Shown: positions 23,845 through 37,062, counted from the first letter of the whole stretch. The stretch is 62,994 nt of DNA, filler included, from Atractiella rhizophila (GCA_021432655.1; 3 parts of 2 records of this genome joined end to end with filler, not necessarily neighbours in it); one strand, 5' to 3'. Numbers and translations: made by a program. Notes: generated by a model from the sequence alone, not told the origin.

Positions 23845-25250
23845 ATGGTCACCCTTCACAACCAAACCTCAGGGGAACTTACTCAGGCTGAGGCTGGAGG
23901 TGCCGGCCTTGAGACATGCGAGACTGATTCTGCAACTCAGCAGCCTCTTGATAAACTGAGCTTTTTTGATCGGTGGCTCGCAGTTTGGGTGGCACTGTCT
24001 ATCGGCGTAGGAATTGTCTTGGGAAACTTTACGTCAACAGGAGATGCCTTAAGGAAAGGGCAATTTGTTGGTGCATTCCATTCTCAGAGGTCTTGGAATA
24101 TGTCTAATTATCCGTTGGCAGGTTCCCCAGTTCCTATAGGCAGGCTTTTAATACTAGTTATCACTTCGGTTGATCAATCTGGCAGCTGTGGGATTGCTCG
24201 TCATGATGTATCCCATTCTGTGCAAAGTTCGATACGAGAACCTCTATACCATCACGAAGCTCAAGAGCTTGTGGATTCAAATTGCGTTCAGTCTTTTCGT
24301 GAACTGGCTTATTGCTCCCTTGTTTATGGTGAATAACTCTCTCACTTACATGACATTTCTGATGTTGTTGATCAGGTCGCACTGGCATGGGCATTTCTCC
24401 CTGATCAACAGGAGCTCAGAGAAGGTTTAATCTTGGTTGGACTCGCAAGATGTATAGCTATGGTAAGCTATTAACGAATTAGATGCAATTTGAGCCTAAC
24501 ATCATTGAACAGGTCTTGGTATGGACGAAACTCACAGGTGGAGACGGTGATTACTGCGCTTTGTTGGTAGCCCTGAATTCTGTCCTTCAGATTATCCTTT
24601 ACGCACCAGTAAGTTTCTCTTAACCGCAACGACGCGTCTCGTGGTTCATTCCTTCGCAGCTCGCTCTCGCGTACATCGACGGGTTTTCCATCCGCGGACA
24701 AACCAGCCATATTTCTTATTCTCTGGTGGCAAAATCTGTTGCGGCATACCTGGGCATTCCTTTTGGTGCAGCAGTTCTCACTCGCTTCATATTGCGTCGA
24801 GGTAGTCTGGTAGACTGGTACGACAATCGGTTCTTGCCTATCATGAGTCCATTCTCCCTCCTTGGGCTTGTCTACACCATTGTCGTCCTCTTCGCCTCTC
24901 AATCATCCTCAGTTACAACCTCAGTCGTCTCCATTGTGCGTGTCGCCAGCCCATTGCTCGTTTATTTTGCCTCCATATTCTTTGCCACACTTGCTGCTTG
25001 TCTCAAGATCATGAAGTGGAACTACGACCTCGCAATAACGCAAAGTTTTACTGCTAGCAGCAATAACTTTGAGCTTGCGATTGCCGTGGCGATTTCGACT
25101 TATGGACCGAGTAGCAAGCAAGCAGTTGCAACTACGGTTGGTGTACTTGTTGAAGTGCCAGTGATGGTGGCTCTAGTGTATGGAGTACGGTTTATTCGAG
25201 GTAGGTTAAAACGTCAAGAGGTATTCCGATCAAAGGAAAGATGGACGTGA
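23845..25250 (+). CDS. ACR3: Arsenite efflux transporter, ACR3 family
   Basis: Motifs LSFFDRWLAVW, VGLLVMMYPILCKVRYE, VNWLIAPLFM, REGLILVGLARCIAMV, VAAYLGIPFGA, QSFTASSNNFELAIAVAI, VGVLVEVPVM. Confidence 0.95.
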
Positions 25251-25604
25251 ATCAGCAATCTAATTCACTCTTTAGACACGCTGGAAGGAAAGGTGTTAGA
25301 GACAGAATGGATTTAGGACTGTAGGCTGCCCTGGAAGTCATTGAGGGAAATCCCATTTTAGTTTCATCATAACCTTCCATGGCTGCTAAAAAATCTGATC
25401 CGCTTTCACCCAACCCTTGATGCCTCCAGCCAACACAGGCTCTCCAAACCTGTCGCGTCTGCAGCAGACTGTAAGTAATCCTTGAACGAAGCCGCACATC
25501 TAGGTGCACGCCGCTTGATGAAGCTGTTTTCCATGATTCGTCGCTTGGGCAAAGTGCAAGTGCACGTGACGACACTTGCCGAACCTCAAACAGTTCAGCT
25601 CAGC

Positions 25605-26565
25605 ATGGACCTGCCAGTAAGTAAGAAGGCGAAGCCGGGTCGAAAAATTGATGAAACGCTACCCCTAACCAACGCGCGGAAAGCACAGCGAGCTTTTAGA
25701 CTTCGCCGTGCGGAAAAAGTCGCCAATCTGGAGCAGCGGATCAAACAGCTTGAGGAAGAGAATAAGGATTTGAAGAAACAACATGTTAATGTTGATGCAG
25801 AGAACTTCAACTTCTCCGCGGACACAGATGTTACCTCGAGCTCACACGGCTGGTTTAAATTGCCTGGTCAGTCTGCTGTGATCACGATGTCTCTCCCTGA
25901 CGCCATGCACAGATCTATATTTTCACAATCCGATAGTTTTCCCACGAGTAGATATCTCACCCATCCGAAGAGTCAAAGAAGAAGCATGCCTTTCGACTTG
26001 CCTTCATGCTTCCATTGGCAACCCAGACGGCCAACGTCTTCGAGACTTTTGCACTGTGAGCATTTTCTACGTCATAAACATCCTGACAATCTATGTACAG
26101 TCCCTAGTGAAGATGCTTACGTTCCCCGATTGTGAATCTACTGCTCGACCCTGTGCGGATGGATTGGCTGCACCAACTTCTACGCCTTGCTGTGGACGCT
26201 CACCTACAATCGGCTGCGATTCGCCCTCTGAATCACAAACCGTGACGATATCGACTCCCTCACCGCTCACCGATATTGCCTGCGATGAGGCATGGGGTTT
26301 ACTAGCTAGGGCGGTGGATGTGTCGTTGATTTTGCCTGCACCGCCGTCCGCTCCTTTTTCCTTTCTCCGTCCAATTTATACTCCAGACGATCTTGCTCGT
26401 CTTGTGGAAGTGGCGTCTGATGCTAACATCGACCCAGCTCCTTACAATAGCCCTGGGGGAGCGATTCGATGCTTCCCTCAACATGGTCTCTTTGTGTCAG
26501 CTGTTGCGGTTTATCGAGTTATTGAATTATTAGCTGTCAATCAGAGCATGGTTTCTCCGACATAG
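25605..26565 (+). CDS. bZIP (Yap/AP-1-like) transcription factor with Cys-rich C-terminus
   Basis: KPGRK...ARKAQRAFRLRRAEKVANLEQRIKQLEEENKDL. Introns 25867-25912 and 26056-26100 give one open frame containing DFC, PCCG and IACDEAWGLL. Confidence 0.8.
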
Positions 26566-26652
26566 ATAAATATCAGGGTTTTGTTCAGCTCAAACAGTTA
26601 CAATCTGATTTAAAAATATGAAAATTCTGCGAGAAGTAAACAGGGTCCCCTC

Positions 26653-29566
26653 TTACAATTGTACGTGGCCAGTACCCTCCGACCATGCCCAGATTTTGAA
26701 CTTGTTCCACTGCCCAACTCGGTCAGCCCACCATTCAACAGTCCTCAAGCTCCACCACCAGCGCTCGTGTTGCCACCAAGCTTTCATCCAATCGATGGTC
26801 AAACTGAAAGACAGGCCGAAACGGTGATACCGATCCGCAATCGAATCTAGTTGCTCTGCGTAAATAGCAGTCGAACAGTATTGTGCGACGATCAGAAATA
26901 TTCGATAAGGCGCATGAGTAGTTTAGAGCGACAAATCGAGATGACGTGTTAAATCGCTGATGTCTTGTCAGTATATTATGCAATAACAGGCGCTGAGGAC
27001 TGACTTGACTTTCAGTACCATGAGGAGCCGTCTAGGTACTCCGCGAAGGAGCTTAAAAATGCTTCCTATTAATCCTCCCTCCACGACGGCGTGTCGCATT
27101 CGTCGCGCTTCAGCTTCGTCCAACCCACCCGCACGAATAAGACTCGACCCTTCTGCATTGACGGAAGAACTCCTTCCAGTTATAGCCCTACAAACGCAGT
27201 GAATACAGGGACGTTTCATGGATGGGACAACATACGATTCGAACACGGGGTACATTTCGTCAGTGATGTTCCCAACCAACTTCGCGTAATGCTTTCGTTC
27301 CTCAGTAACTTTCGGAGAGGATGGAGATATGAGTGAGAGCCAAAGATGTGCATAGTTGAGCCGCAAGTCTTCTGGGAGATCGAAATAGAGTCCTGTCCTC
27401 CCATGATTAGCTCATAGTTGACTTGCTTGAAGAACGCACCGTGGTCTAACAGCACAATCTCAAAATTATGAGGACTTCGACTTCCGCGTTTTGCAGGCCG
27501 GATCAGTAGATTTCCACCATGCTGCTCAGAGTGTTAAGACGGCTTCTTTAGAGTCAGAGGACCCGCGTACAGGATCAGCGTGAAAGAACCCATTGAGATA
27601 AATCATTTGACTGAATATCCTCGTCAGCTCCTTCGCGACTTCATTTCGATCAATCGAGTTCTGTTTCAAGTACGCCAAGTCATCGATTCTCCCACCCTTT
27701 ATGACTGTATCACCAGAGACGTGAGGAACCGTGAGTGTGATCAGATGAGGGGAGGGAGGACTACGTTACATTCCATCAACATGACCCTTTTCTTCGCCCA
27801 TATAACTTCCGGAATGACCAATGAAGTCTTTTGCATCCCAGAAAAGTCCGCTCGACACCTCATCGCATTAGCAGCCTCATGTCGAAAGTCCATCTCTATT
27901 CATTCTCAGACGAAAGCAGGCGGGGAAGCTCGAGGCTTACCCAGCGGCAGGTTCTGCTCCATTTCTTCCCCAAGCCAAGTGAATTCAAAGTCAGGAAAGA
28001 TCCCCTTGACAAACTTCAGCATGACAGTCGTCGTCTTCATGTCCACCTTTGCGAATTCTTCCAAGTTCGGATGCATGATCTTGACGGCCACTTCTCGTCC
28101 TGTCCCGCGCTCCACCGCCTTGTGAACCTGTGCCAAAGAAGCGACACCGAGGGGGATAGGATCAAAGTTGCTGAAGAAGGAGCTCAACGGAGCGCCAACA
28201 TCCGACTGGAAAAGTGCATCGATTTCGTCGACTGGAGTAGGAAAACACTGGTCCTGAACGAACGCTTGTCAGTAAACGTGTAAGTCTTATCCAGGCAGGA
28301 TTTTTGCTTGACAGAGTGAAATTCAATCAATCAGGCGTTTTCGCTTGCTTGCTCTTCCTTGTAATTTCGGGGCTGAGCTTCTCCTAATTGTATGATTGAC
28401 ATAATTGTGCCACACTACAATGTAAGGGACCAAGGAAACAATAAGAAGATCTTCAAATGTAAAACCGTTCTCTGATGTCCTCTTTACAAGAGAGATGGAG
28501 ATGGAGGAAGAGCAACAACACAGACTGAAACAGCCAAATAAACATTTAGTCTTCCGTTCCCCTTAAAATATGACACAGAAAGAGTATATCGTTGTCTTAC
28601 TTTCTCAACAACCTTTTTATGACGGAGGAACAATTGTATACTTTCTTCTCCTTTGGTCAGCTCAGTGTTGTATGAAATTATTCCCATTCAATTACAATAA
28701 ACTTATCATAGTAGAATTTCACCCCTTTCGTGACTGAGCCACCAAAACTGAGTAATGGATGTTAAAGTATTTCAGGCTTTCTATAATGCCAGAGGAAGTC
28801 GCTCGACCGCATGAGAGGCAATGCACGCCAATACCAGGTCACTCCCATCCTGTGAGGATTCTCAACACGAGTAGACTCCATCCTGCAAAATGCAACGTGC
28901 AAACGTTCCAACACTCAAACCAACCAACCAAAGAAACGGCTGTCCCATTCCTCCCCCAACAAAGATAGGAAATAGGAAACGCACCTGGAGCTCTCTCATA
29001 GCCCACCTCCACTCCTCCGGAACAAGTTGTACGGAGCTCAAATGCTGTCCAAGCTTGATATAAATGCCACCATTCCTCTTCAAGGCCTCCCTAATCCTCA
29101 CCGCGCTCCTCGTATGAGTAGTCGTAAAAAGTCTATGCCTCTCCTTCCTCCCCTCCTCGTCCTTCTCCAGCCTCTCTATCCTATAAAACAGCACCTTATA
29201 GTCTACGATCGACATTGCAACGGCCAGACCGACGTTCATCCCTCGAGTGAGGCTGAGTGTGAAGAATCGCACTTCCTCCCAATAGAACAGCACGACGGCT
29301 CCAGCGACGAAGGTAGAAAGCAGTAATCTGGTGCCATCCCTGCGCCTGCCACTTGACAGCTGCCGTACGCGTAGTGAGAGGGAGTCGATGTGTCGCTGGA
29401 GTTCGCTGACGCGTGATTCGAGGCGTTGGGATATCGGTGGGCGTGAAGGCGGACGCGGATGAGTGGGCGGTGGCGGAGGGCGGGAGTGGGAGTGGACGAG
29501 GCGGGATAACAGACGACGTGGGGGACGATGTAGGTGGCTTGTCCACGCGGGGCGGGTGGTAAGCAT
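26653..29566 (-). CDS. ABC1/ADCK (UbiB) atypical kinase, ADCK1/Mcp2-like, with an in-frame TAA in the last exon
   Basis: Motifs NGGIYIKLGQHL, PLGVASLAQVHKA, VAVKIMHP, FHADP, LLDHG, VPRRLLMVLKVNDLTR. The last exon continues for 89 codons after TAA at 26925-26923. Confidence 0.9.
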
Positions 29567-29905
29567 CGTACTGTGAGAGGTGGAATGTTCCTCCGTGACG
29601 TAACCGGAGCCGCCGTAAGAAGTTCCCGTGATTTAGCGGGAAGGAAGGAAGGTATCGTTGTACAGAACCCTTCACTCGATATTATCAATTATACGACTTA
29701 CGAACATTTAAACCTGATTCAATTCATCATACATCATGACAAAAATTTCTGGACAAATTATGGAATATTTATGGCAGGCAAGAGTCTCATGGGGAACGTC
29801 TCTGCGAACGTAACTCATTTATAACCAGACTTTATTCTTCATTTCAGACCAATCAGCATAACAAGCATCGTTCGTTAGTTCAATCAATATTCAACCTTCG
29901 CAATC

Positions 29906-31123
29906 CTAATCGAATCTTGCGCTGTGTTCCTTCACCCATTCCTTCCAGCTCGTCAGCTTCGTGCCATTCATCGCTTCATTCACTTTGGGATGCTTTTGTC
30001 CGAAGTCTGCCCATCGCCTCTCAATCACAGGCTGTCACAATTTCCAGGTACTCACAGCCGTATTCGTCCCATACAGCGAAATTGTCCTCAATCTCCACCA
30101 ACACTGTTTCAGGGAGCGCTTTCATCAACTCAACCTGGCGCACGGTGATAATGGAGTATTCAAGTTTCTTTCCCGTTACTGCAAATCTTTCAGTCTAAAA
30201 TGCGATGGCAAAAGAAAATTACCCACCGTCTCCAATGTCTTTAACCAATTCACCGATGGTCTTCACCTCCGAAAACACCTGAATGGTAATCCCAGCCTTT
30301 TCTCGCTGTTCAATGGCCGCTTGCACGAAGAACCCGTAGTCACGGATGTCGATCATTGGCATCGGGGTATCCTTCTGTAGGGGGAAGCGCAACTTGCCTT
30401 CTTTAAAATCTTGGGGATTGCACATGTCAATGAATGTATTCATGTACCTATTCCATCAAAATTTCACTCAAGTCAGCATTCTGCAATCGAGGAAGAGGGG
30501 AAAGGAGGCTTACCATCCCGCTTGGACCACCGCGTAGGGAATGCCGCTAGCTGCTGATTTCTCAGCGAGGAAGACGGAGACCTCTTCCTTTCCGTCAAAG
30601 TGGTATACGTGCGTATATTTTCCATTGGTGATCTTGTTATAATTCGGAAGACCGGACCAGATGACGAACTTGAGAGTAGGCAGTTCGAAAGCGAGTGTGA
30701 CCATCATTTTTCCTTCTTGGGTTTCCTTTCACACAAAATTATTAGCACGTTTCAAGAACAAGAAAGGAAAGCTCACCTTCTCATAAGACAGGTGTTCCCA
30801 GAAGTTAGTCACGAGCTACATCATCCCTCATTGGTACTTCCTTCCACAGTAGAGCAGAGGGGGAAACGAACGAATACGATCTCAGATCCCTCCAGCGCCT
30901 TCTTTATCGCCTCTTCGTTCCCGACGACCAAGTTAACCTGTCGCATATCCACCCCTTTCTCCACCCACTTCACGCTCGCTTCTTTAGTTGTATCTCGAGA
31001 AAATCCACGGAGACGGTATGGCTTTGGAGAGCTGATGAGAGCTCGCGCTACGGAGGAGCCTTGTTGACCAGTTATGCCGGTTATGGCGACAAGGGGGGCG
31101 GAGGGGTCAGTGGAGAGAACCAT
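29906..31123 (-). CDS. NmrA-like NAD(P)-binding Rossmann-fold protein
   Basis: Motifs LVAITGITGQQGSSVARAL, RGFSRD, VIWSGLP, VYHFDGKEEV, MIDIRDYGFFV. Spliced to ...HSARFD*. Confidence 0.9.
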
Positions 31124-33539
31124 GGCGTTTTAAAGTTATATGCAGAGTTGTTGTTTTGTTGGGAAGACTGTCTTGGGAGACTGACATTGAGGACGAAACG
31201 CGTCGATTTTATACGATACCCACCTCTCCCATCAGCTTTCGGCCTTCCTCCCTCCCCCGAACGTCCGCTCTCACTCTACTGTCTCTCCCTGAGCGAGGGT
31301 GAAGACGCGGTCAGGTACTTCGTAATGAGCCCGCCGCTCGTCAGGAACATTCCCGGTGTCATTCTTCCTGTTGACGCATCACCTAATCAGCGCCGACGGC
31401 TGACAGTCGCACGATAACTATCAATCGCGAGCAGGTTGAAATATGAAGGACGAAGCAATCCTGCTGAGGATTATAGGAGATCTAGGTCAGATTACATGGT
31501 AAAGGGGCCGCAGAAAGATATGCCGTCGGAGCCTGAGCCAAACTGGCAAAATAGGAGATTGGGTGGAGAGTAGGAAGTGGAGTTAGCTGGTAATGCTTAA
31601 TTGGAGAGTGGAGAGTAGAAAGTGGAGCCAGCTGTTAATGCTTTTGCAAAATCGAGCCTTCCATTTTCCATTTTGCTTTTCTTGTTTTGTGGGGTCAACA
31701 CATTCGAGTTCTCCATCTCCAGCGCACGGAAGGCGTGAGTTACACGCATCGCTCAAACAAACCCTTCGCTACAACTGCCTCCGCCTGACAAAGGTCACAA
31801 CTCAGGACGGCAACCGACTCCAATTTTCATTCATCGTACAGAATGCAGCAGATCATCGGCTCAGATGATTGACAAGGCGGATGAAACAGGGACTTCCGGA
31901 ACAAAAAAGGAGGGTATGTGGGCCGGATGTCTCAGTGAGCGAAGCTCCGTTAAGCTATCGGATTTGGAGATGCAAACAACAATTGGCTAAACCAGTGGCA
32001 AAATCAAATTGCTGGCTTGAATACCGGCCGTTACTGGAACAACGAAGAAATTCTCTGACGAATGTAAATGCTCGGTTAAACAGAGTCAGCTTTTGCATGT
32101 TCATGATAGCAGACTCGGCGGAGTGCTTTGACTTTCTAAAGTGGCCTAAACGCAGCCTAGGCTCCAATGAAGCCTTGAAATGCAATGCCGTGCTGAAACC
32201 TTCAAGCCCGGAAGTGCAATCAATCGTAAGATTCCTCCACCAGAAGTAATTGGAAGCTTGAAAGGCTGGTCTATCATGACTAGCAAATACGAGATCGACA
32301 GCGTGAACTTCGAAGAGTAAAGCTGAAACGTCATAGTAGGGACACACCCTAGCCAGACCACCCCCCTTTTTCGGAATCGTCGTGCAAGTATCGGGGACGC
32401 ACAAACCGTCCACAATCCCAACAATGTTCGCACCACGAAAATATGTCCCTGCGATAATGGTTTTGTGGCGTTGGAGGGATATTCGGCGCTCGTTGTTGGA
32501 GCGTCTGAGGGCGATTGCTGGAGGCTTGTGGACGCGTCGGGGAGACGTTGGACGGCCGTGGGAGGAGCGTTTGGGCAGTATCGGAAAACTATTTTGGAAT
32601 GATTTGTGGACGGTTTGGTGGTCGTTTTCGAAGCGTTGCGGAGGCGTTGATTCATGATTGTGTAACGAGCGGTCTGGTGTCTGTTAAGCATTACAGTGTA
32701 ATTGCAGCATCATCTTCAAAGTAGATCCCATGGTTCTTCACATGCAACTCATTGTGCAACCCTCATACTATTGCATACATTATAAGGTACCACAGCCTTC
32801 GAGCCCCATCTCTTCCCCTCCTTCGCCGTCCAGCTTCATTCTTCCCATCCCCTTCCCCTGATCCTGATCGCTGATCGCTCGCTCCTACTCCTCTCCCCAC
32901 TTGTTCGCCTTCGCCTTCACTCCTCACCTTCCCTCGTCCTCGTTCTTCCTCTCCCGTTCAAGTTGCACCATACGAAGTTCCTGTCTTTCGTCGCTTGATC
33001 TCGTATTCCTCATTGCTCATTGCGCTGCCTAAATACAAACATGGTTAGTCGTTCTACAGATCGAGTTTCAGATAATCTTCTCTCAAAGAGTCAAGGCCGG
33101 TTCTCTTTTTGGAAAACCAGGTAACCCATTGAACGAGAAAGAGGCGAGCGAAATTGGTTGAGAAATTTGATCTAGGTCGTCGTGTGGACTGAACCTAAGT
33201 CATTGATAAACAAGATTTTCAAACGGGTACAAGTGGAAAGACTTAGCAGATCTATGAAAGAAAGTTCGTCGGGTGAGCGTGTCGTCCAGACGATCCGTCA
33301 AGATTAAATGAGCATTGAGAAGGACAGTTGACGCGTGTCACTAACCATACAGAATGCAAAGTCAGAAGCTTGAGGAGGTCAGAGAGCTGGAAGTAGTTCG
33401 AAAAAATTGTAAGTCCACAGTTCCGAGCTCTTAACTGGAAAGTGGCACGTTTTTGGCAGCAGAACAGTTCTCCTGGATTCAATGTTGTTCAACGCAGTGA
33501 ATTGACGCGACACTTAGACACAAATCAATGCTCCGTCGA

Positions 33540-34952
33540 AGTCTGCACGCCACGCTAATTTAGGACCGAAAAACGCACTTTTTTTGCCCAATTCCACCTC
33601 CAATAACCAAAACAAAAAATTCCCACATAACATAAGGATTATCCCTCTCCCCATAGAAGTCGGACCGAAGTCGAAATACTCAAAATTGTCGAAAAAACGC
33701 GTCGAAAAAACCAGGGTCCCAAAAGTGAAAATTTGGGTGACACGGAGTGAAAAGCGCGTTCAAAGTGAAAAAAATTGTCCTTAAACCCACTCACTATATC
33801 CCTAAAGCTATAGGTGAGGAATTGTTGAGTTTGTCGTTTCCGCCTTGTTCGGTTCGTCGTCGTTTGAATGTGACATCATATCTCCGACCGCCTCCTTTCT
33901 CACCCTCAGCAACAACTACGCAGGTTTGTCAACTAGCCAGGGAGTCGACGAGGGAATGCAGGCATCAGGTAAGTTTTTGCTATCTGCTTGCATGGAGTGG
34001 CAGAAGCGTTCGTGCTATGCTTACACCGACACAGAAAGCTCAGCGGTCCTCTCTACACCGACAGCTCTCCATTTGGAGTTAAAAGCTTGCTGGAAGGGTA
34101 CACGCTTCGGTGCCGCACCTCTCCAGCTCTTTTTGCGACGGCTTCGACCACAACTCCGGAATTTCAAACGGCTTGAATACCTTGGAGAGGTTTCCGAGGG
34201 TGCAGTATACTTTGTAGTTCAAGGTATGTATGCCATCTTGATTGAGGGATAATGGGCAATATTAGTTGCGCCAATGGGTCATTGCCATTGCAGCGTTCTT
34301 ATGGACCAATGGTTTGCAATGGACCGGTGATCCACGGCCAACTCCTCTGGTGCTAGCTCAAGTGCAATCCTAGGAGCAGCGGCACTGCACTGGGTGGAAT
34401 ACTGCTCTCAGTTTCTCTGTATCCTTTTATTGTAACCTTGACTAATTTTTATGTTTACTTTGGAACAGCCTCCGCCTCTTTCTTCACATCGCTCTCTTCT
34501 CGGCTTGTTACGTTCGACACCATTCCTCTTCCTATCTGTCTGCGTACTCCCTCCCTTGCCTTGCTGCTTATTCTCGCACATCATTGCATAGTGGCAGCTG
34601 CCATGTCCTTGTCCATGTCTTCCGCCTTGCCACCTACCGTTCCAGCCACGGTAACACCTGTGATCACCTCCATCCTCGCAACCACATTGCATATTGCTGA
34701 GTTCTGGATCCGGGTGGTCAAGATTGCGGAAACTTTACAAAAGGAAACTGGAAAGAGCAAGTTGTTAAAGGACTTCTTGAAGACCGCTGAAGATGGCGCA
34801 AGGGTGATTAAGGAATTGAGGAGGAAGTCGAGGCTTTCGCAACCTCTTTCCCGCTTCCTGGAATTCCTGTGAGCATGGTCTGGCTTCCTCGAGGGACTAT
34901 TGTTGAACATAAGAATAGGATTCGTCCACTTTCACCAGACATGAGTAGAAGT
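33540..34952 (+). repeat. Dispersed repeat shared with 12083-13671 (inverted)
   Basis: Direct alignment. An A-tract-rich non-coding ~240 bp at the left end is followed by gene-like fragments. Confidence 0.9.
34690..34948 (+). pseudogene. SHMT C-terminal fragment with retained last intron
   Basis: IAEF..RVVKIAETLQKETGKSKLLKDFLKTAEDGARVIKEL / EVEAFATSFPLPGIP, then a GTGAGC...ATAG intron, then DSSTFTRHE*. Frameshifted. Confidence 0.65.
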
Positions 34953-35313
34953 AGTAGATGTCACCGTGGATTTCGTTCAAATGTAGAAAATTGTGGTTGC
35001 CAGGGTTTCAGTCGGTGTAGGAGTTGGATGAACAATGAAATGTCACCTGTTTGTATAGTAAGAACTTCAACGTTCTGCAAAAAAGTGGCATTTGCGTTCT
35101 TGCCTATTTATTTACTGTGCGACATTCGTGAGCAGAAGTTTCGTTGAAGGGAGAGGATTGATTATTATGTCTGCAACCATTTGCAGCATGAGTAAGGTGT
35201 ATGATACAGCTCCCGGAAGATGGGCGAACTATTAACGAATAAATATCCATCGAACGACGAAGAGCATGCTGCATAAAGACATCTATGAAACGTGCGTGAG
35301 AGTGGGGTTTAAT

Positions 35314-37062
35314 CTATACCGTCAAAGTCAATTCAACGTACGCTGAGAGATAGTCGTGACTTACATCTGACCCATTTTGTTTACTCGAACAGAGACTGAC
35401 CATGCCCTCTCGTCTCCCATATCCACTGCTGCCCAAACCCTGCTCTACCACCGAATCCACCCTGTGCGTATCCTCTTTTCGCTCAATTTCTGTAACCCCC
35501 CCGCGCTGCTGCCCGTCCCTGCTACCGTATCCACTGCGCTGTCCTCCAAAATCGCCTCCACGTCCAAATCCAATATTAGATCGAGACGAGCATCCATTCG
35601 ACGATCTTCCACCACCAGAACCACTCATGCCAAGCTTCTGCAAGAATGCGTGAGATAGCTCAGGTGCTTGCGCAGGTAATCCACGCCTCTAGCTGAAACA
35701 TCTGAAGTGACGAAGACCTTGTACATTCCCTCCACGCTCTCTCTAAACATTCTCGCGACGCGAATCCGATTTTCCTGACTCTTCCTCGTAGACGTGAGTT
35801 GACCTCGAAAACGGAAGATCTCTTCGCAGAGCCGCTGCGATCTGAGCAAATGTCTCTGTATACTTGGTGGTGGTGGTGGGCAAGAAGATGATTGCTTTTC
35901 TGCCTTTTGGGTTCTCGAGTTGATCCTGCGCAATGAGCCTCATGATGTGGGGGATGACATCGGTGGGAGAGTCTACGACGGTGGCGTATTGAGGAACGTG
36001 GGTGTGGGTTTTGTTCTCGTTTGACATAACAGTATTGATGAAGAGGGGTTTCGGGTTAAGAGCGGCACGTGCGACCTCCTTGAACTCGTTCTCAAGGGTG
36101 GCGGAGAACATGAAAGTCTGTCTTTTCTGTTTCGGCGGCATCTTGAGCATGATTCGCTTGATCTCGTCCTTGAAACCCATACCCAACAACGTATCCGCCT
36201 CATCGAGAATCAATCGCTCAGAGACCGCAACCGACGATTCCACCATGGGCTCGGTAATGAGGAGATCATTCATTCGCCCAGGAGTAGCAACGACGATATC
36301 CCTCCTTCCTGAAGTCTTTTGTTTTTACCTCCGACCAAAAGCTATACCAGGAATCCAGGAAGATGAGAGCACAACTTGATAGCCTCGTTCGCAATTTGAG
36401 TCGCCGATTCCGTCGTGGGTGACAAATTGAGAGTGCCGGTGGACTCTGAGGCAAATTTTCGGACGTGGGCATCCACCTCCTTTTGGTTTGCGCCGGGATG
36501 GGCAGCACGATAAGCTTCAGCCTGAAGACTGAGACTCTTGATCCTCGATTCTATGGCAGGGATGAGAAAAGCGACCGTCTTGCCAGTCCCAGTCTTGCTC
36601 TTCACCAGGAGATCCGGAGTGGGAAGCTTGACCAATCCTCCAGTAGCTTTAACTGAGGGTTCGTGGCATATAGATCGAGGCTCGACGTCGATGTAGAAGG
36701 TGCTGAGTCGACAGGGCCGCCCACGGAAGGATTTGCACTTCCGCGCTCGAGGAGAGACATGACGGCCTCCTGAACGGGAGACATATGCTTGAAGGAGAAA
36801 AGAGCGGAGGTGAGAGCTTTGTATAACCCGGGATGGAGGGCAGACTCGACTGTCGACCATTTTCGACCCTGTGGTGCGGCCTCAGTCTCTGGAGCAGAAG
36901 ACTCTTGTGCTTCCGACTCGGCTTCGGGAGCAATGACGTAGGTGCGGTTGAAGGAAGTGAAGGAGAAAGCGAGAAGTTGGTGACGGGTAAGAGAGAAGGC
37001 GCTGGGTACTACATCGGTAGGGTGACAGTTGAGCGAAAGAGGGAGTGAAGGGTCGGTATCAT
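35314..37062 (-). pseudogene. DEAD-box RNA helicase pseudogene, Mss116/CYT-19-like
   Basis: Q motif MSPVQEAV, DLLVKSKTGTGKTVAFLIPA, degenerate SPTTESATQIANEA, VVATPGRMNDL, LILDEADTLL, FSAT, TSDVSARGVDY and a Gly/Arg tail. These are spread over several frames, and later helicase motifs are missing. Confidence 0.85.

Noticed and set aside
26659..26850. Plus-strand SFHPIDGQTERQ resembling a gypsy integrase motif
   Set aside because: It is the antisense of the ABC1 kinase last exon, and no other integrase motifs are nearby.
31955..32413. 152-aa minus-strand ORF as a transposase for the adjacent inverted repeat
   Set aside because: It lies mostly outside the repeat and has no DDE or DNA-binding motif that I can recognise.
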